Below are positions 54,021-64,000 of a stretch of DNA of 64,000 nt, one piece after another; the stretch's first letter is position 1, and each line of letters starts with the position of its first letter. A program made the translations under genes and the position numbers. Origin of the DNA: Eledone cirrhosa (Eukaryota). Below the pieces are notes generated by a model, which saw only the letters and a list, made by a program, of their open reading frames with translations, had not been told where the DNA came from and did not search any database. Location: assembly GCA_964016885.1 (NCBI GenBank), contig OZ024745.1, forward strand, positions 14,818,001 through 14,882,000, given 5' to 3'.

Positions 54021-55152
54021 TTATATATTATACGTAAAATTTTCATTGTAAGGAAACTGTAGACGTTTCTAGTTGAAAAAATGATTAATGGCAAATATTG
54101 AAATTGACTTATATAAGAAGAATGTTTTCATATGTTCTTGATGTTGTTTCAGCATACCTACGATGAAAGACGTTCCCGACATGACTATCCCTTATTTTAG
54201 CAGGTATAGTTTATATAAGATTACATTGCGATTACGTTGCGTAATGCGACTTTCATCTTATAGGAGGGAAGGATAACAAAGCTACTTTAGTCGTTGGTGA
54301 ATGATCTTGGCTTGATAATACACGTGTATCAGATGATATATATATATATATATATATATAAATTTCTGGAATGAAACAATAAACCTGGTTGTAAAAGGTA
54401 CACAATTTTCTAGTTATTTGTCGTGTGGAATAAGTGATATTTTAACAAACTGTAAATAGAAATGCGTATGTTTTGAAAATCAAGTGCTTTTCGTAGAATG
54501 GAATTATTGTAAAAGGATCTTTCCACATCTGATTTCAATATTGATAATAACTACCAACACACAATACATTAGATCAAGAAAATCACAATCGAATCTGCTG
54601 GATATTAATTCTCTCACTATGCAAATGATTCTTCGATACCGACTAACAGAAAGTTATTTTCAATTTCTTGCTCGACAAAAAAAAAAGGTATTCAATCCTC
54701 CACACTTTGACTAAGCACAATGGATAATTTTCCACTCGTTTCATCTTCCTGGGATATATCTTCCCTTAAAACATCTTTCAATTCACCACTTCTTCCTTCA
54801 CTAATTTCTAATGAAATTCTTCTTTTATAAATGGAAATATGAAAGTTTGATCTGGATTAACTTTCACGAAAATTTCTTTTCAAGTGTTTCAAGAATTAAT
54901 TGAAGCGCTTCAACATTAATTGTCGCGATCATAAAATTTTACCACTGCTCTCTCCTGAGATATGTGCTAATAAAATACAGGTATTTACGATTTTAAATGT
55001 CACTAAGATATTCTAAATTATATGAATCTCTAACGTGTATTTATGCATTGATGAATCATCTTTCTTAACTACTTATTACGTTATTAGAGCTGAAGTATAA
55101 AATTATAGCTGCTGAAATCAGAAAAGAATATAGGAAGAAAATGAAATTAAGA

Positions 55153-55260
<108 letters not shown>

Positions 55261-55948
55261 TTATATATATATAAAATCACCGCCATGTTGATTACAGTTT
55301 ACATATGTGATATAATAACATAAAATAGCCATTAATTCCATGATAATAAATTTGTTGCTGGAAGCTTATTATACTTAAATATTTTATTGCAATATATTTC
55401 TGCTGAGATTTAATGCGTGGAAGTTTTGGGTGAGAGAAACAGTAAATACACACAAAATCCTGACAGGCGACGATTCTGAGAGTTGAGAAAGTTATTAAAG
55501 ATTAATCAATATTTACTGTCTGAACGTATTATTGGGATATTCTTATCATCTATAAAAAATAGTTTATGTGAATGAAGTAAACGTTTTAATATCCACCAAG
55601 GAGAAAAGAAATCTGATTGCATGTGTTCAGATAATTTAAAACTATATTTTATTCCATGAATTCATTAGGTCTTATTTATTTAAAAATATATTACTTTGCA
55701 TTTCGTAGTTAAATCAAGTAATTACGAGGTAAGGAGCTTTCCCAATGCAACTTATACTCGACAACATTTGTATAACGTATTTGCTAACATTGCGAAAAAA
55801 CCTCTTTAAAATAATTGAACAGTGACATGCTAATATCATAATGTCATAACTTTACCTCGATACCTTTCTTGATTTTATACAACTATTTCTAAATATTTTA
55901 ATACAGGTTTTATTTCAATGTTTTGTTGTATGTATATGAAACTAACTA

Positions 55949-56280
55949 GGCGGCAAATTGGCAGAATCATTAGAACGTTCGATAGAATGCTTTGAATTAT
56001 TCGTTTCGGCTCTCTGTTATCTGAGTTCAAATCCAACCGAGGTCAACTTTGTCTTTCATTGCAGCTCGATAAAAAATAGTACCAGTCTAGTACAGGGGTC
56101 AATTCTCCCCGTATATTTCTTTTTCACTTCTTTTCTTCCACTCTCTATCCCTCTATGGAAGAAATCTGCTGTATTCAGACCTGGAGAGGAGATGGGCTCC
56201 GCCAGGTATTAAAATGCCCTAGAAACGTCGTATGTCAATATGGCGCCCAAACGACTCCATCAAGAGTCACGGGACCAAGC
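55949..56280 (+). mobile_element. tRNA-derived SINE
   Basis: Homologous to 53009-53345. Confidence 0.8.
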
Positions 56281-57085
56281 ATGTATATGAAGTTAATGAG
56301 AATAATTCAAAAAAGTTTTAAAATCTATATTTTTACCTGTAAGTCACCTGTAAGTTCCAATCAGTTGCTGTTTCTACGCAAAATAAAATAGAGATTAGAA
56401 TTACAGAAGTGCAGTGGCAACGGTAAAATTTATTCTAGACTTCATTTAAATTAATGCCTCCGATACTATTTCCAGTGGGTCCGTCACTCTGTTACAACCA
56501 TTAGCATATCCAACGCGTGTATCCCACCCCACTTTGTCACTTACATCCTTACAATAATTGTATCTGAATTAAATACAAACTGAATATCACTCGTACAAAC
56601 TCACAAATTGAGCCACTCTTCCCCATCTTTACAATAAAGTCAAACCACCAGACTTTGTGTATCATATATTTTAGTGTCTTATTTTTTAAAATATGAATAT
56701 ATTGATACATCGGTATCTATTCCCTATTTTCTTATATCTAGAAAGAATTACAAACTTCCGTTAGCTAAATACGCAGTGTAATATAGTGGTTAAGAGCAGT
56801 TTTGAGACAGTTATGTTATTGCTGCTCTGTAAATTGATGCTAGGGGTCATAATGTAGAAAGGGTGTTTCGAGAAGTGCTACTTGCGATATGAAGAATTAG
56901 GGAAAGAAAGCTTGTCTTATATAATAGCAATAAAGGGCTGTGTAGTAGCGAAGTACTAATCAATGATTTCAATTTCAAAGATATCATACTTCGTTGGATT
57001 CAGTGAATTAAGGCAGTTTTATATCGATTAATTAGTTGTTTCAAAGCATTTCCTCGTAGAACATAAATATCGTAGAAACGTTTAT

Positions 57086-57118
<33 letters not shown>

Positions 57119-57468
57119 GCATGAAATCTTTGTTTCCATAGCCTCTATAAGGAAAAGAAAACGTTTCAGTACAAACACGTAAATCTCTCTTCCTCTACGT
57201 AATTGGAAGGATGTTTAAAGGATGATAACATACATGTTGTAAAATCGATTGTTCTGCTATAGAACACGTGTCACACAAATGTTTTCACCATATTATATAA
57301 AATCATTAGATTGTTCATCAACTTTAAACATTCACTATCAATAGCCAACGTCATTGCTCTCTCTTGGGTATTACACGCAAAACAAATTATATAAAAATAT
57401 CAGCTATTGTACATAAATATATGAACGCATTATGTGTTCTGGGTATGAGTATTTAAACATTTTCATAC

Positions 57469-57538
<70 letters not shown>

Positions 57539-57553
57539 GTGTGTGTGTGTATG

Positions 57554-57605
<52 letters not shown>

Positions 57606-57669
57606 CATATACACACACACACAATTGTAATATGAAATAAAATTTCACAAAAATCTGCAATTCTTATTG

Positions 57670-58588
<919 letters not shown>

Positions 58589-58622
58589 CAATAAGAAATG
58601 CAGATTTTTGTGAAATTTTATT

Positions 58623-58710
58623 TCATATTACAATTGTTTCTATATCGATCAGCTCGGGTTTGATCATACGATCAGATCCCGACTCTTAATCGATACTTCT
58701 TCAGATATGA
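58623..58710 (-). ncRNA. Hammerhead ribozyme with extended (~60-nt) stem II
   Basis: Reverse complement: TCATAT-CTGAAGA-A-GTATCGATT..TCGGG..TGATC-GTAT-GATCA..CCCGA..GATCGATAT-A-GAAA-CAATTG-TA-ATATGA. Confidence 0.8.
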
Positions 58711-58909
58711 GAGTTTACATGGGTGGTCCCATCTGAATAAAGTTGTTTCACAAAACGCTGCAATTCTTATTGTCCCTTTATCTATACTCTGCAAACTGCA
58801 GCCGCCTTAAACCTGGAGCACAACCGAACGAGAGACGGACACAATATCGAGTGCTTCGACTAGTATCACTACTAGAAACTTGTGGTTGCTCACATAATAA
58901 CACACACAG

Positions 58910-58946
<37 letters not shown>

Positions 58947-59200
58947 CGTAAGAAAATTGAAGAAGAGGACAAGATAACGAACGAATTTTTTAAGGGGAAA
59001 CCTTAGAAAATTATGAAGGACAGAGAAATCCAGTTTCATCGGCTTTTGATGTGGATGCTGGTAGTTTCGGCCCCTACCAACGGTACTTCAGGTCCAACTG
59101 GGGTCATTGTGTCTGACACATGCCAACCCTGTCCAGTAAAGGACGAGCCAGAAAACATTAATTTATAGCAATTAATCTACAAGTACACTATATATATACA

Positions 59201-59266
<66 letters not shown>

Positions 59267-59313
59267 ATGACCCCGATGGCAGAGCTCAAGCCGTTTCGAC
59301 GGCTATTTCTAGA

Positions 59314-59351
<38 letters not shown>

Positions 59352-59426
59352 ATACTTGGGGAGAGTCATATTTGTGTAATATTGCCAGAATTAATAACAG
59401 AACACACTCACTGTTTGGTTGGTTTG

Positions 59427-60679
59427 GCGTCATCATAGCTGGTGATGTTGTCAACCTTTTTATGGTATGGTGGGAAATGAGACTTAAAGATCTCCTTAAT
59501 GAGAGCTCCATAGACCTCATCATGTACTCCCGTTACGTAGACGATATCAATATAGTTATAAGAATATCCCCACTAGAGACCACTAACAAGTTTGATTTAG
59601 AACATAGCACAATGGAAATCATCCAGCAGATAGCTAATTCCATACACCAGAGTATAACTGTAAATATCGACTTCCCTTCCAAACACCCTAACAATAGACT
59701 ACCTGTATTAGCCACGGAACTCTGGATTAACACTATAGAGGAGAGAGCCCAAATTCTCCACTCACACTATGCTAAACCCATGGCCTCCAAATACCTGATA
59801 CTCAAAAACTCAGCAATGTCCAGTAGTGCTAATTTTAATATTCTGATCGCAGATTTGGTACGAGTGATGAAGAATGTGCCCCGCATGTGCGACCCAACAG
59901 AAATAGAAAAACACATCCAACACTTCATCAACCGCATGCAGTTCTCTGGCTACAACCAAAGAGACAGAGTCAGAGTATACGAAGGAGCCATGGAGAAGTA
60001 TAAGACACTCATAGAACTGGACATGAAAGGAATTTGCCCATTATACAAGAGCAAATCATGGAATAGCTTAGTTAGGGCTAGACATAAGATAGGGAAAGCC
60101 ACCTCATGGTACGACAACCAGAGATACCAGAGTGTCATATTTGTGGACGCTACCCCTGGAGGGAAATTAGCTAACCAGTGTAGAAAGGCCCTGAGAAAGA
60201 TTAAGGTGGTAGAAAAGCCAGGAACCACCATAAAATCCCTGATCAGCAAAACCTACCCTTTTAAGAAAACCCACTGTACTAATAGGAGATGTATCATATG
60301 TAAGGTAAACCCCCGGATAAACTGTAAAACTAGAAACGTAGTCTATAGCATAAGATGTACAGAGGGTACTTGCAGAAACATGACAACAACATACATAGGC
60401 GAGACAGCTCGTAGCATAGGTGAAAGGATAGACCAACACTGGGGGGAACTAAAAGGACGAAAAAACGGTTCAGTACTATACGAACATGCCAGACAACAAC
60501 ACGACAGTAACATAGACAACATAGAAATTAGAATAATATCTAAACATAGAAATGACCCAGCAGATAGGCAAATCAGAGAGGCCAGTGAAATAGAACTTAG
60601 AAGGCCAAGGCTAAACAGAAATAATGAATGGAATAACAACAACACCCAAACAAACAACACTCACCTAAGAGAAGTATAA
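59427..60679 (+). CDS. PLE RT (C-terminal part) plus GIY-YIG; the ORF-track start at 59267 is spurious read-through
   Basis: IAGDVVNLFMVWW, YSRYVDD, NVVYSIRC..YIGETARSIGERIDQH, RQIREA..PRLN. Confidence 0.85.
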
Positions 60680-60940
60680 ATAAATAAATAGATAAATAAA
60701 TAAATAAATACATGCACAAGCACGATACCAAAAAATACATATAAACACACACTAGTAAAGATAGAATACATTAACCAATACACAGTCACCCAATCACGAA
60801 CACACATCAAACAAAACACTATACACACACGCAAACGTATGCGCAAAGAAGACAAAATAAAATAAACAAATAAATAAATATATGAACAGACTAAATAAAG
60901 ATGGCGTAGAAAATACAATGCAACGGGAGGAAACAATAGC

Positions 60941-60982
60941 ACCACTGACGATGTTGCAGATGTGCAACGAAAGAACTTTGAT
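60941..60982 (+). ncRNA. Hammerhead ribozyme in PLE 3' UTR
   Basis: ACCA-CTGACGA-T-GTTGCA-GATG-TGCAAC-GAAA-GAAC-TT-TGAT; one stem I mismatch. Confidence 0.7.
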
Positions 60983-61219
60983 AAACTATATATATGTGTC
61001 TATATTGTATCTGTATTATTTTTGACCGTTGGTCAGTCAATGGCAAGATTGAGGACCAAATAAATTAGATTACCGATATAAAAGATACAGAAGCGAAAAG
61101 CGAAAACCAACCAAACAGTGAGTGTGTTCTGTTATTAATTCTGGCAATATTACACAAATATGACCCTCCCTAAGTATAACAATATTTGTTTCGACACACG
61201 ATTTCATATAAAAACGTCG

Positions 61220-61361
<142 letters not shown>

Positions 61362-61497
61362 TGTACTTGTAGCTTAATTGGTGTAAATTAATATCTTAGA
61401 ATATATAAACCGTTATATATATATTTTTTATTATTACCACAGATTAAATGTTTAACAAACACTTTCTGCTCTTACACCCTAAAGCGAGATCTGAAAG

Positions 61498-61534
<37 letters not shown>

Positions 61535-61602
61535 GTTGAGTGCTTTATATCAGTTATAAAAATATTTGCTTGTTTTATCCCCACAACTTAGATAGAACTT
61601 TT

Positions 61603-61905
<303 letters not shown>

Positions 61906-61978
61906 ATATATATATATATATATATATATGTATAACCCTTATTAAATCCTCTCCGGATTTTGGTCTTTTTATTTATAA

Positions 61979-62024
61979 TTACTACTACTGCTGCTACTAC
62001 TACTACTACTACTACTACTACTAT

Positions 62025-62058
<34 letters not shown>
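61979..62058. repeat. (CTA)n trinucleotide microsatellite
   Basis: Direct inspection. Confidence 0.95.
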
Positions 62059-62059
<1 letters not shown>

Positions 62060-63423
62060 TATATATATACTTATATAGAGAGAGAAGGTGAGTGTGTGTG
62101 TATGTTTATGTGTGTGTTAGAGAGTGACAGAGATAACTATGCCTGAGGATGACTATTGGAATATAGGGAAATGCAAATATATTTAACTCTGTCTTCATAT
62201 GACATCAGATGATAACTGCAAGATATTTTGGACAACGTTGAGATGGAGTGAAATCAAATTTAACGCTATTAATTCCATTGGTAAGTCTCCAAGCTGTAAA
62301 TCCCACGGAAGATGCCAGATTACATTGAGCACAAAGTAGATGAGTATTAAATTTAATTTCACTTATCTTAGCAACCAATAGAACTCATTCTCAACACAGA
62401 TTTACTGGCGTTAATGAAACTTCTCTTGTCAAATATTATTTAAACAACTATTAATAATGAACAGCTTCAGATATTTTCTTGGAGAGAAAATACTATACAC
62501 TTCAAAAAATATTTGGTATTTTATAGCAATGTTATAATCTACTTATATATATAACCAGCAATTTCTCTGTATGTCTGTCCGACAGTGGAAACACGTGCGT
62601 AGAGAGAGAGTGAGAGTGAAAGAAAGAGACAGACTACGAGAGGGGGATAGCGGGAGGGAGAGAGTGAATAGACGCTAAAACACGTGCTACAGAAATATTA
62701 CCTTCCCCTCTCCACTGACTTTGGTCACTGAGGCCGAGGGAATCGCTGGTTGCTATAGAGACACCTAGCACAAGCCAGAAGTAACCAGTTCGAGGCGGTT
62801 CTGACTTGACACCATGCGAAGAAGGTTGCCATTGAATTTGTGGTTTGAAGAAGGTTGCCATTGAATTTGTGGTTGTTGCTGCTGATAATAAGGACCATTT
62901 GAAGAAGGTTGCTGCTGATGAGGTAATTTAATAATCAGATTGCGCAGTTCCATAACCTACGTTTGATTTGTTCAATTTTTTTCTTTAATTTTTTTGTTGT
63001 TTTTTTTTTTATTTCTTATTGAAAAAATATAAATAATAAAATAAGGTTAGAAATTTAAATACAATTAAATACGATTTAATTTCTATTTCCAGCAGCCAAT
63101 GTCCAGTGTTCAATTTCATGAAAAAATTGAAAATAAATTAAAAAAATTGAAGTTTAACTTTTGAACATTTGTTTTGACACTAAAAAAATATTTCCTTATT
63201 CACACCTAATGGAATGATTAAAATTTCATATATTTTTTTCTAACCGCCAGTTATTTATTTTCTCCTTTTTCGTTTTAACATATATTTATTTCAAAGATTT
63301 CACCGTATAGATAACATATATATTTATACATGCATAAAAGACACACCGAGAGACGGTGAACATGTGGTGCCGAAAACATTTCTCATCCAAATCTCAACAA
63401 TATCAGTATATACACTAGATTTG

Positions 63424-64000
63424 CTAGCAGAAAACCGCCCACCGGGTGGTTTTCTGCTAGTCTATATATATAAAACTGGGAATGTCTGTCTGTGTGTGTG
63501 TGTCTGTGCGTTTGAATCCCTAAAACTCGAGAAGTACCTAACCGAATTTTTTCAAACTTTACATGTGTATTACTTATGTTTCAGGGACTGTCATGCACAT
63601 GAAAATTCAACTTTTTGATCCATTGGGTGAAAAACTGCATTTTTTTCAGCTTTTTAGGAGTTTTTGAGGCGTTACGTCAGACCAATTTCCTTGAAATTGT
63701 AACTTTGTATCAGTCACTCTCTTCTTCATACCGTGAGCAAAGAAACTCCAACTTTTGTATGGCCTTAGGTGAAAAACTTCATTTTTTCAGCTTTTTAGGG
63801 CTTTTTTGAGGCGTGACGTCTATATCGCATTCAGAGTGATTTCCCTTGGACTGTTTCTTCGAGGAAAATCTTAAAGATTATCAAGCCATCAGAGTATTCG
63901 GTTTATTTTCTTTACATATTGTCCAAGTATGCAGTTTTTACATGAATAGGTCTGTTGGCGGCTCGCGTTCCAAAATACCTTATCCTGTGCAACGCCTGGT
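63424..64000 (+). mobile_element. Helitron-like junction: 3' hairpin plus CTAG, followed by a TC-start 5' end of a non-autonomous element
   Basis: CTAGCAGAAAACCGCCC-ACC-GGGTGGTTTTCTGCTAG|TCTATATATATAAAACTGGGAATGTCTGTCTGTGTG; internal ~55-bp repeats at ~63625 and ~63768. Confidence 0.6.

Noticed and set aside
59055-59096. Minus-strand CTGAAGT...CCGAAAC HHR-like motif
   Set aside because: A9 and the UH site are absent and stem II is poorly paired
59267-59426. N-terminal 53 aa of the 470-aa ORF as a fusion domain
   Set aside because: Chance read-through of a repeat fragment, (TA)n and the inverted pLTR

Overview
AT-rich, microsatellite-dense animal genomic DNA. The SINE families and (TA)n/(TATG)n load suggest a cephalopod such as Octopus (inference). 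No host protein-coding gene is recognisable. The window is a mosaic of mobile elements: a full-length CsRn1-clade Ty3/Gypsy LTR retrotransposon (19904-25174, tRNA-Trp PBS); four Penelope-like elements (PLEs) or remnants; CRE-like and R4/Dong-like RLE non-LTR retrotransposon fragments; a Chapaev3-like transposase remnant; tRNA-derived SINEs; a long-TIR foldback element; and Helitron-like ends. The main hidden signal is RNA structure. About 20 type I hammerhead ribozyme (HHR) motifs from several distinct families are readable by eye. Seven identical HHRs sit in a head-to-tail ~490-bp tandem array (2821-6398) with retrozyme/satellite-2-like architecture, a 1467-bp trimeric higher-order repeat and an inverted leading copy. 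One other HHR family has an unusually long (~60-nt) stem II, and several families share a U.U mismatch closing stem II. Most ORF-track entries are microsatellite translations.
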